Of a DNA stretch of 28,616 nucleotides, positions 16,530-24,455 are shown piece after piece. The stretch is from a virus. The DNA is taken from positions 1-28,616 of the IMG/VR virus record IMGVR_UViG_3300044580_000224; one strand, 5' to 3'. Below the pieces are notes generated by a model, which saw nothing but the letters and a program-made list of their open reading frames with translations, was not told where the DNA came from and made no database searches. How positions within the stretch are numbered: position 1 is the stretch's first letter; each line of letters begins with the position of its first letter. The translations under genes were made by a program, and so were the position numbers.

Positions 16530-16535
16530 AGTGAT

Positions 16536-17015
16536 ATGGAGCTTGAAATTGAATTTAAAAAAGATTTTGAACAGCTAAAAGGCGAGTTTGAACGACATAA
16601 TCTAGATTTAAACGAAGATTATAAAAAAATTATGTATACTATACTTAAAGAGCTCATTAATAGTAGAAAAGTTAGATTAAAATTAAACTCTACAAAAACT
16701 CCTTTTATACCTCAAATTCAACTGTCTATCGAAGAAATTTTAAAATTAGCTGAACTAGATAAAAAAAATGAAAAGTTGGTTAGAGATGCTTTATTTGCTT
16801 TAAGTGTTTATATCTATGAATTTATCTATGATACTATTAAAAACGAAGATGGAAGCTACAAAAAGTTAAATTATTATATAGCTTATTCATGCGTAATTTT
16901 TTATATTGAAAAAATATACGACAAATATAACAATATAAAATATTACGAAATAGAACCTTCAGCGTATGTTTTAGAACTGTTTAAAGAGTATTTTGTCGTG
17001 TATCAAAATCAATAA
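16536..17015 (+). CDS. Hypothetical protein (159 aa)
   Basis: ORF on the same strand between the nuclease and primase genes. Confidence 0.55.
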   Translation: MELEIEFKKDFEQLKGEFERHNLDLNEDYKKIMYTILKELINSRKVRLKLNSTKTPFIPQIQLSIEEILKLAELDKKNEKLVRDALFALSVYIYEFIYDTIKNEDGSYKKLNYYIAYSCVIFYIEKIYDKYNNIKYYEIEPSAYVLELFKEYFVVYQNQ

Positions 17016-17146
17016 AAAATTGATATAAATCAATATTTAAATTGACAAAAAACAATTAAAAACTGCTAAAAATTAGTATGTTTTAAGCAAAAATTTAGTT
17101 TAATTTTATAAAAAATTTAGTAATATGAACAAAAAAATATAAAATT

Positions 17147-19741
17147 ATGGAAAAAAATATTTTTGAATTGTTGTTAGACAAAGGTATTTCGAGCATTCCT
17201 GTTAATTCGGATAAAAAGCCTTTGGTGGCTTGGAAAGAATTTCAAAATAGGTTGCCAAGCCAGGAGGAGTGTAAGAAGTGGGGTAGTATGAAAAAGGAAG
17301 GTGTGGCAGTGATTTGTGGAGCTATATCGGGAGGGCTTGAAATTATTGATATAGACAATAAATTTGATGCTGCCTCATCTATTTATCTTAATTTAATAAG
17401 TAATTTATCGAACGAACGACCAGAATTGTATGATAAACTTGTAATTGAACAAAGCAAAAATAAAGGTTATCATATTATTTACAGGTGTAAAAAATTTGAA
17501 GGTAATCAGAAGTTAGCAAGGCAGCAAGATTTACAAGGTAATATATTAACTGTTATCGAGACGCGAGGAGAGGGAGGTTACTGCATTATACATCCCAGCA
17601 AAGGGTATGATGTAATTAAAAATAATATCCTGAAAGTAAAGGAAATAACAGAGGAGGAGAGAGATTATTTGTTTCAGCTATGCTATCAGTTTAATGCTAT
17701 TAAAGACGAGAAACCTACTACTAACTACATAAAACCAAATACAAATGAAAAAATTGAAGGTGAAAAAATAGGCGATTTATATAATCAAAAAGATGATTTT
17801 ATAAATGTTTTACTACAGCACGGCTGGACAATAGAAAAAGAAGAAAAAGATAAAATTCATTTCAAACGACCTGGTAAATCAGAAAGAGGGAATAGTGCAA
17901 CTTTTTTAAAAGAACCACGCCTATTTTATGTTTTTTCGAGCAACGCACTACCTTTTGAAAGCGAGCAAAGCTACAGCCCTTTTGCTGTATATTCAATTTT
18001 AGAAGCCAACGGCGATTTTAAACAAGCTGTAAAGCAGTTACTAGAGCAGTATCCACAGTTTGATAAAAAACCAAATATGAACAATAAAAAAACTACTACT
18101 AATAAAGCTCCAAAGAAGACAAAAAAATCGGAATTGTTCGAATTTTGGACTTACAAAAACGAAAATGAAATAGTAATAAACGTAGACCTATTAGTTAGAT
18201 TTTTAGATAAAAATAATATATATTACTACTATAAAGAAAATGAAGATACTATTTTAGTGTATGAAAAATTAAACGTTCTGAAAAAAATAGATGAAGACTT
18301 TGTAGTAAAATATATACAAAATTACATAGATAATTTGCCAAACGACTACAAATTCGATGATAAAGATAATTTCGATAAAGAATCTGTTAGAACCGCTTTT
18401 AATAACTTCTCCGACCAAAAATTTAGACTTGTTATGAATCGTTTAAGTAGAAGAGACGTTGAGATAAATCACGACGAGCCTGGAATTTTTTATAAATACT
18501 TTGATAATGTCGTAGTTAGATACGAAAAAGGAAATAACTATAAACTTGAACTTTTAGAATATAAAGACCTAAAAAAGAAAGTTTGGTTTGATAAAATCAT
18601 AGATGTAAGATTTTTTAGAATACAGGACTACGAAAATTTTATGGTATATAAATTTCATAAAAATGTAACTTCTTCTTTGCAGGACGGCGACTGGCTTGAG
18701 AATTACAAAAGATTTTTAGCTCTACGAAGCGCTTTAGGATATATGCTTTATGAATACAAAAACGAAAATGATGTAAAGGTTGTGGTTTTTTGTGAAGAGC
18801 AAGTTACTGACCAGGGGGGGCGCACTGGTAAGACTTTGACATGTCAAATGTTAGAAAAAATGGGCAGTAAGATGGTAAAAATTAATGGCAGAAAAGTAGA
18901 TTTTTCAAATAGGTTTTTATTTCAAAATGTAGATGTAGACACTAATATTATTCAATTCGACGATACAGATAGCAAATTCGACTTCTCTTCTTTGTATTCT
19001 GTAGTTACGAACGGACTAACAGTAGAAAAGAAGGGTCGTAAAGCTATACAGCTTACACATCAGCAAACTCCAAAGTTTATTATTACATCTAATTCAGTTT
19101 TGACTGACGAGAGCAATTCGGGTAAAAGCAGAAAATTTGAGGTTGAATTTAGCGATTACTACAACGACGAGCGAACTCCTGTCGACGAATTTGGCAAAAG
19201 ATTTTTCAGTGGATGGACTGAGTCAGAGTGGAATTTATTTTACAACTATATGATAGATTGTGAAATTTTATACATTGAAACTGAATTCGTAGACTACGAA
19301 AGAAAAAATATAACAGATAGGAAATTAACAGCTGCTATATGGGATGATGACCTTTTAGATTTTTGTGATTTGATATGCTATAAAATTTTAACAGAACAAC
19401 GAAATTATTCTAATAAAGAGCTGTTAGAAGCGTTTAAACAGTATTATTCTGCAGATAAAGAAATCGAAACTGCTAAAATTACTAGAGCTATGAACAAGTT
19501 TATTCAGATAAAAAACTTAAAAGCTATAAAAAACGATAGATTTTATATCGAAAAACAGCGAGTAAGAGGTTTTGTTTACTTATATGAACATAAAAATCAT
19601 AAAAGTGTAGTGGAGTTTATTAATTCCCACGAAAATAACAGCGAAAAAATTGAAACTAATGAACAACTACCTTCTGATAGTATTTCTAGCAAAACAGTAA
19701 TTATTAGCGAAAAAGATTATTCGAACGATATTCCATTTTAA
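17147..19741 (+). CDS. Bifunctional primase-polymerase (prim-pol) fused to a D5/P4-type SF3 helicase
   Basis: The N-terminus has PVNSDKKPLVAWKEFQ...GVAVICGAISGGLEIIDIDN...KGYHIIY (prim-pol DxD and H motifs). The C-terminal part has Walker A GGRTGKT, Walker B IIQFDDT and IITSN. The protein ends ...DYSNDIPF. Confidence 0.85.
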   Translation: MEKNIFELLLDKGISSIPVNSDKKPLVAWKEFQNRLPSQEECKKWGSMKKEGVAVICGAISGGLEIIDIDNKFDAASSIYLNLISNLSNERPELYDKLVIEQSKNKGYHIIYRCKKFEGNQKLARQQDLQGNILTVIETRGEGGYCIIHPSKGYDVIKNNILKVKEITEEERDYLFQLCYQFNAIKDEKPTTNYIKPNTNEKIEGEKIGDLYNQKDDFINVLLQHGWTIEKEEKDKIHFKRPGKSERGNSATFLKEPRLFYVFSSNALPFESEQSYSPFAVYSILEANGDFKQAVKQLLEQYPQFDKKPNMNNKKTTTNKAPKKTKKSELFEFWTYKNENEIVINVDLLVRFLDKNNIYYYYKENEDTILVYEKLNVLKKIDEDFVVKYIQNYIDNLPNDYKFDDKDNFDKESVRTAFNNFSDQKFRLVMNRLSRRDVEINHDEPGIFYKYFDNVVVRYEKGNNYKLELLEYKDLKKKVWFDKIIDVRFFRIQDYENFMVYKFHKNVTSSLQDGDWLENYKRFLALRSALGYMLYEYKNENDVKVVVFCEEQVTDQGGRTGKTLTCQMLEKMGSKMVKINGRKVDFSNRFLFQNVDVDTNIIQFDDTDSKFDFSSLYSVVTNGLTVEKKGRKAIQLTHQQTPKFIITSNSVLTDESNSGKSRKFEVEFSDYYNDERTPVDEFGKRFFSGWTESEWNLFYNYMIDCEILYIETEFVDYERKNITDRKLTAAIWDDDLLDFCDLICYKILTEQRNYSNKELLEAFKQYYSADKEIETAKITRAMNKFIQIKNLKAIKNDRFYIEKQRVRGFVYLYEHKNHKSVVEFINSHENNSEKIETNEQLPSDSISSKTVIISEKDYSNDIPF

Positions 19742-19762
19742 TATCTAATTTTAAAAAATTTT

Positions 19763-19790
19763 AAAGGGGAGTAAAAACTCCCTTTTTTTT
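19763..19790 (+). terminator. Rho-independent terminator
   Basis: AAAGGGGAG-TAAAAA-CTCCCTTT followed by a T8 run, 22 nt after the primase-helicase stop. Confidence 0.8.
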
Positions 19791-19926
19791 ATATCTAAAT
19801 TTATTACCCCACCTTTTTGAAAAAATAACTTATTAATATTCAATTAGTTACATTTTTCTTTATTTTTTTTTGCCATTAAATTTTGCTATTTTTTACCACA
19901 CATTTTGGTCAATAAAAATTAATTTT

Positions 19927-20353
19927 TAGGACACGTAGAAAATTTTTTAGGACAACTACGTATTAAACTACCTAAAAGCCTTTATAGGAGCTGGATTGAA
20001 GGTGGTTATGGGACACGTATAGGACACCTCACCTAAAAACTCTCAATCCTGCTACCAGACTGGGTTTGAAGGTATTTTTAGGACGTAAGGACACAAAATT
20101 TTAATTATCTATACCCCCCTATATATATTTTTATATTATCCCATATATATACTATATATATATTTATATATATTCCTATCTATCTACTAGAAAAGTAAAA
20201 AATAGTGTCCTATAAGGACACTATATAGTAGAATTAGCCTGCGTTTTAGGCGTTTTAAACATAATTGTCCTACTCGTTTTATCATTCCCTTGTAAACCAA
20301 TACTAGCGTGGCTTTGACGGGGGACACCACTACCTTGTCCTACACGTGTCCTA
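19927..20353. promoter_or_regulatory. Putative replication origin: about 12 TAGGACAC-type iterons in opposed orientation flanking a (TA)n-rich unwinding element
   Basis: Forward copies are at 19927, 19948, 20009, 20020, 20079, 20087, 20214 and 20320. Reverse copies (GTGTCCTA/TTGTCCTA) are at 20205, 20265, 20335 and 20346. The TA-rich stretch spans about 20110..20190. I found no ORF of 60 codons or more on either strand. Confidence 0.6.
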
Positions 20354-20394
20354 AAATTCTTTTGGCCTATTTATACTATTTCAAAAATTTTTGC

Positions 20395-20402
20395 TAATTT
20401 TG
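20395..20402 (+). promoter_or_regulatory. -7 box TAATTTTG upstream of the methyltransferase/terminase operon
   Basis: Matches TAnnTTTG and lies 36 nt before the ATG at 20438. There is no well-spaced -33 TTTG. Confidence 0.35.
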
Positions 20403-20437
20403 GATAAAAATACAATAAATACACAAATAATAAAAAA

Positions 20438-21502
20438 ATGGAAATAGAAACTAAAATAGTAGATATAAAAGAAATAAAAGAAAATATAAACAATCCTAGA
20501 AAAATTGACAAAAAAGAGTTTGAATTATTGAAAAAGTCTTTAAAAGAATTTCCTGAAATGCTTGAAATTAGAGAGATAGTAGTAGACGAAAACTATCAAA
20601 TTTTAGGTGGTAATATGCGATACAAGGCTCTAAAAGAACTTGGTGAAGACAAAGCAGTAATAAAAATAATAAAAGGTTTAACAGAAGAGCAAAAAAAGGA
20701 ATTCATAATAAAAGACAATGTACCTTTTGGGCGTTGGGACTATGCAAAATTAAAGAGCTGGAATACAAAAAATTTGGCTAATTGGAATTTAGCAATAAAA
20801 ACAAAGGTAAAAGACGATAATTTTGAAGTAAATAATGAAATAGAAACTAATATAAAAGAAGGCGATATAATAGAAATTGGTAGACATAGGTTAATTTGTG
20901 GTGATTGTACAAAACAAGCTACTTTGGATAAATTAATGAAAGGTGAGAAAGCTAACTTTGTTTTTACAGATCCCCCTTTTGTCATTAAAGATAATAAAAC
21001 ATATGCAGATATAATTTTTAATAATATAGAGAATGCTAATATTTTTATAATGCACAGCGATAAAGGTATAGTGGACTATTTAAAAAATTCAAAGTTAGAA
21101 TTTGTATATTTTTTAATATCATACGTAATTTTTTCAATGTCATGCCCTAATAATCCTTACAATAACCACACAATTATTTCATATGAAAGAAAGGGTAAAA
21201 GTGTTAAATTTAAAAATTTACACGACGGTTTCTCAACTGTAATAAACACAAAATATAGAGGTAACATAGATAAATCAGAAAGTGTAAATTTTAAACATCA
21301 AAAAAGCATTGAACTTGTATCTTCAATAATAGAGCACTATAGCAATGAAAACGACTTAATTTTAGACATTTTTGGTGGTAGTGGAACAACTATGGTTGCA
21401 GCAGAAAAACTAAATAGACGTTGTTATATGGTTGAAATAGAACCTAAAAATTGTCAACTTATAGTTAATAGAATGCAAAAAATTTTAAGCAATGAAGCCT
21501 GA
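20438..21502 (+). CDS. ParB-like nuclease domain fused to an N6A/N4C DNA methyltransferase (orphan)
   Basis: ParB/Srx N-domain (NPRKIDKKEFELLKKSL...ILGGNMRYKAL), motif IV FTDPPF, then motif I DIFGGSGTTMVAAEKLNRRCYMVEIEP (beta-class order). I recognised no restriction endonuclease in the genome. Confidence 0.8.
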   Translation: MEIETKIVDIKEIKENINNPRKIDKKEFELLKKSLKEFPEMLEIREIVVDENYQILGGNMRYKALKELGEDKAVIKIIKGLTEEQKKEFIIKDNVPFGRWDYAKLKSWNTKNLANWNLAIKTKVKDDNFEVNNEIETNIKEGDIIEIGRHRLICGDCTKQATLDKLMKGEKANFVFTDPPFVIKDNKTYADIIFNNIENANIFIMHSDKGIVDYLKNSKLEFVYFLISYVIFSMSCPNNPYNNHTIISYERKGKSVKFKNLHDGFSTVINTKYRGNIDKSESVNFKHQKSIELVSSIIEHYSNENDLILDIFGGSGTTMVAAEKLNRRCYMVEIEPKNCQLIVNRMQKILSNEA

Positions 21503-21926
21503 GAAATTCACTAAAAAAGTAATTTTAGAAGATGCTTTAGAGAAAATTGAAGATTTTTCACCTTCTACGTTGTCAGAATTAATTTCATTTATGAATTGTT
21601 GCAAAAAAACATTTTTTAATAAGATAAAAGTAGGGAGTAGAGAATATGAAATTATACAAGAAAAGTTAAGAGCAAAAAAATTTGAAGTTGCCAATATTGC
21701 CAAAAATAAATTATTAGAATCCAATAACCCTACAGCGTTGATTAGTATAATAAAAATATATGGCAGCGATGAGGATAGACAAGCTCTAAATCAAAATATT
21801 AACGTTAATGCTAACACTACTGTCAATTACGAAGATGTTAAGAAAATTGAGGTTAATATAAGTAAGTTATCATTAGAGGAACAAATAACCTTTAATGCTT
21901 TATTAGACAAAATAAAAAATGAATAA
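21492..21926 (+). CDS. Terminase small subunit (putative)
   Basis: A 144-aa ORF overlapping the start of TerL, with an HTH-like N-terminal half. The call is mainly positional. Confidence 0.45.
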   Translation: MKPEKFTKKVILEDALEKIEDFSPSTLSELISFMNCCKKTFFNKIKVGSREYEIIQEKLRAKKFEVANIAKNKLLESNNPTALISIIKIYGSDEDRQALNQNINVNANTTVNYEDVKKIEVNISKLSLEEQITFNALLDKIKNE

Positions 21927-23385
21927 AAAGGAGACATTAGAAGTAGAAATTGAAATAGGTGCTAAAAGAGCTTTGCTAAAGCGAAGTTACTATCATTTTT
22001 TCAAATTTTTTTGGAGCACTTTAAATCACGAAAAACTTGTAGATAACTGGCATATAAAGTATTTATGCGACGAGCTACAAAGCGTTGCAGAACGTGTATT
22101 CAAAAGAGAAAAAAAACAGCACGACCTTATTATAAACATACCCCCTTCTATGTCAAAAACCTCTATTGTAAACATTTTTTTCCCACTGTGGTGTTGGGTT
22201 AATGACTACTCTCTACAATTCATTAGCGTGAGCTACAGCTATCAATTATCTATAAATATAAGCGAGCGTTGTAGGGATGTTATGAGAAGCGACTTGTTTA
22301 AAAAATATTTTTTCGATGTTAAGATAAAAGAAGACAGCGACACAAAGCAGCTATTCAGAGTAGTTAAAGACAATCAGGTCGGGGGCTTCAGGTATGCCAC
22401 GTCTGTGGGCGGTACCATAAGTGGTATACACGGACACTTCATTTTATTAGACGACCCTGTTAATGCAGTAGACTCACTATCTGACACTATGATTAGAAAT
22501 ACAAACGACTGGCTTGACAATGTAATTTTTAGTAGAAAGGTGGACAACGACGTAAGTGTAGTAATACTAGTTATGCAGCGACTTCACGAAAATGACACTA
22601 CAGGATACCTATTAAGTAAAAATAAAAATATAAAGCACATCTGTTTACCAGCTTTGTTATCAGAAAACATACAGCCAGCTGACTTAAAAAAATATTATAC
22701 AGACGACTTATTAGATAGAGAGCGACTTTCAAAAGAAGTATTAGAGCAGAAAAGAGTAGAGATGGGGGACTATGCTTTTGCTATGCAGTATCTACAACAG
22801 ATAGTGCCAAAGAGCGGTAGTTTTTTTGATGTTAGCAAGTTATTAACTATCAATAATTTAGACGAAAAAGAAGTAGTAAGAGTAGTGCGGTACTGGGACA
22901 AGGCAGGGACACACCAAGCTGGCTGTTATACGGTTGGAGTAAAAATGGCTATGCTAAAAAATAGAACCTATGCGGTGTTGGACGTTGTTAGAGGGCAGTG
23001 GGAAGCAAGCGAGCGTGAGAAAATTATAAGACAGGTGGCGGAGCTTGATGGACAGCAAGTTACAGTTTTTATCGAACAGGAGCCTGGTTCGGGGGGCAAG
23101 GAGAGTGCAGAAAGCACTATAAGAAACTTGGCTGGATATAGATGCTATGCAGACCGCCCTTCTGGAGATAAAATTTCTAGAGCAGATACGTTGGCAGTGC
23201 AGTTAAATGCGGGAAATATAAGTATGTTACGTGCAGAGTGGAACAACGAATTTAAAAGGGAGCTTGAGTTTTTCCCATATGGAAAATTTAAAGACCAGGT
23301 GGACGCCACCAGCGGGGCTTTTAATATGTTAGTAAAAATGGGAGTGGGACTGGCTTCTCGAGGTGGTGGTGTAAATTCTTTTTAA
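21919..23385 (+). CDS. terL: Terminase large subunit
   Basis: ATPase motifs (IINIPPSMSKTS, Walker B FILLDDPV, coupling VMQRLHENDTTG) and a nuclease half (RYWDKAGT..., DQVDATSGAF). Confidence 0.85.
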   Translation: MNKKETLEVEIEIGAKRALLKRSYYHFFKFFWSTLNHEKLVDNWHIKYLCDELQSVAERVFKREKKQHDLIINIPPSMSKTSIVNIFFPLWCWVNDYSLQFISVSYSYQLSINISERCRDVMRSDLFKKYFFDVKIKEDSDTKQLFRVVKDNQVGGFRYATSVGGTISGIHGHFILLDDPVNAVDSLSDTMIRNTNDWLDNVIFSRKVDNDVSVVILVMQRLHENDTTGYLLSKNKNIKHICLPALLSENIQPADLKKYYTDDLLDRERLSKEVLEQKRVEMGDYAFAMQYLQQIVPKSGSFFDVSKLLTINNLDEKEVVRVVRYWDKAGTHQAGCYTVGVKMAMLKNRTYAVLDVVRGQWEASEREKIIRQVAELDGQQVTVFIEQEPGSGGKESAESTIRNLAGYRCYADRPSGDKISRADTLAVQLNAGNISMLRAEWNNEFKRELEFFPYGKFKDQVDATSGAFNMLVKMGVGLASRGGGVNSF

Positions 23386-23390
23386 AAATA

Positions 23391-23420
23391 TTTGTATGTT
23401 AAAATTTTAATATATATTTG
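23391..23420 (+). promoter_or_regulatory. Bacteroidota-type promoter (TTTG-N18-TATATTTG)
   Basis: TTTG at 23391..23394 and TATATTTG at 23413..23420, 16 nt before the ATG at 23437. Confidence 0.55.
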
Positions 23421-23436
23421 TAAAAAAAACAAAGCT

Positions 23437-23766
23437 ATGAAAGAAAATTTAATTTTAGAACAAAATTTATACGAAGCTGCAGAAATGCTTCGTAGTAACA
23501 AAAGAATGTTAAATTTAACCTATGCGGAGAGGGTATATCTGCAGCAGTGGATTTACGAAAAAACAGGCAATAGAATTTCATCTCGAAAGTGCGATTTAGA
23601 GGAAGCTTTATACCTGTTTTACGAAGCTAAAAAGCCAAAAGAGGTCGTTGTAGACGAGCAAATAATCGACGAGATTATGGAGAACAGCGAGGTTACTGAA
23701 AAGCAGACTACTACTACAAAACCTACTTCTAAAAAATCTACTACTAATAAAAACTCTAAAAAATGA
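23437..23766 (+). CDS. Hypothetical protein (109 aa)
   Basis: The ATG at 23437 is preferred because the track's TTG start at 23392 overlaps the promoter. The C-terminus is Thr/Lys-rich. Confidence 0.55.
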   Translation: MKENLILEQNLYEAAEMLRSNKRMLNLTYAERVYLQQWIYEKTGNRISSRKCDLEEALYLFYEAKKPKEVVVDEQIIDEIMENSEVTEKQTTTTKPTSKKSTTNKNSKK

Positions 23767-24284
23767 TAATTAAGAAAAAACAAAACTTAACTTTGAAGTA
23801 TAAAGTAAAAGTAAAGCACTTCGAAGATTTTATTTTGCTATGCAACTACGATAGAAGCGACATTGATAGATTTGTAAATCTATTAAGTAAAGTTACTGAA
23901 ATAGACAAAGAAGTTTTTTACAACCTACCATTCCAAGATTTAATGCGGTTTGTGAACGAACTTGTAGATAGCATACAGTCTAATATGAACAAACATCCTA
24001 AAGCGGCTATTAAAGTAAACGACAGATATTACAAGTTAATCGACTTATTAAACCTACCTGTAGCATTTTTTGTAGATTTTGATTTATGCGAAAAAACTCC
24101 TTCTTACTTATTAGCTCTATGCTACACTGAAACAGGTAGTTATGTCGACGAACGTAATAGCAATGTAGACGACAGAGAAAAGGTAATGCAAGAGGCGGAT
24201 GTGGTGGACTATATGCAACTTGCGAATTTTTTTTTAGTTTGGAAAAATTTTCTAGAAAAGGTGAAGGAGATGGTAAAGAAGTAG
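23763..24284 (+). CDS. Hypothetical protein (173 aa), possibly a tail assembly chaperone (G-like)
   Basis: ATGA overlap with the upstream gene. The 3' end contains a T9 run in an overlap with a -1 frame ORF. Confidence 0.55.
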   Translation: MIIKKKQNLTLKYKVKVKHFEDFILLCNYDRSDIDRFVNLLSKVTEIDKEVFYNLPFQDLMRFVNELVDSIQSNMNKHPKAAIKVNDRYYKLIDLLNLPVAFFVDFDLCEKTPSYLLALCYTETGSYVDERNSNVDDREKVMQEADVVDYMQLANFFLVWKNFLEKVKEMVKK

Positions 24285-24286
24285 CT

Positions 24287-24454
24287 ATGTCAGAAAAAAT
24301 AAAAACTTGGATAGGTTCTATAAAATACGTTGCAAACGGCTATGGGTGTAGCTTTGACGACGTTTTAAAATGGGAATTTGACAGATTTTTAGTTTACTAT
24401 AACTATTTAATAGATGAACAAAAGGAAATTAATAAACAGCTAAAACGTAGGTAA
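24287..24454 (+). CDS. Small ORF (55 aa from ATG 24287). The frame is open from before 24233, so it could also be the -1 frameshift extension of the upstream gene.
   Basis: The ATG at 24287 sits 3 nt after the upstream stop, with AAGGAG at 24264..24269. It is in the -1 frame relative to 23763..24284. Confidence 0.45.
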   Translation: MSEKIKTWIGSIKYVANGYGCSFDDVLKWEFDRFLVYYNYLIDEQKEINKQLKRR

Positions 24455-24455
24455 T

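Noticed and set aside
18813-18819. A G7 homopolymer (cagggggggcgc) in the Walker A region of the primase-helicase, considered as a phase-variation tract
   Set aside because: It is unusual in an AT-rich genome, but it simply encodes the Gly-Gly of the GGRTGKT P-loop. Any slip would inactivate an essential gene, and I see no evidence of variation.
19927-20353. The repeat cluster considered as a CRISPR array or a tRNA/ncRNA gene cluster
   Set aside because: The repeats are only 8-11 nt, irregularly spaced and in both orientations, so there is no repeat-spacer periodicity. I could draw no cloverleaf. The iteron-type origin interpretation fits better.
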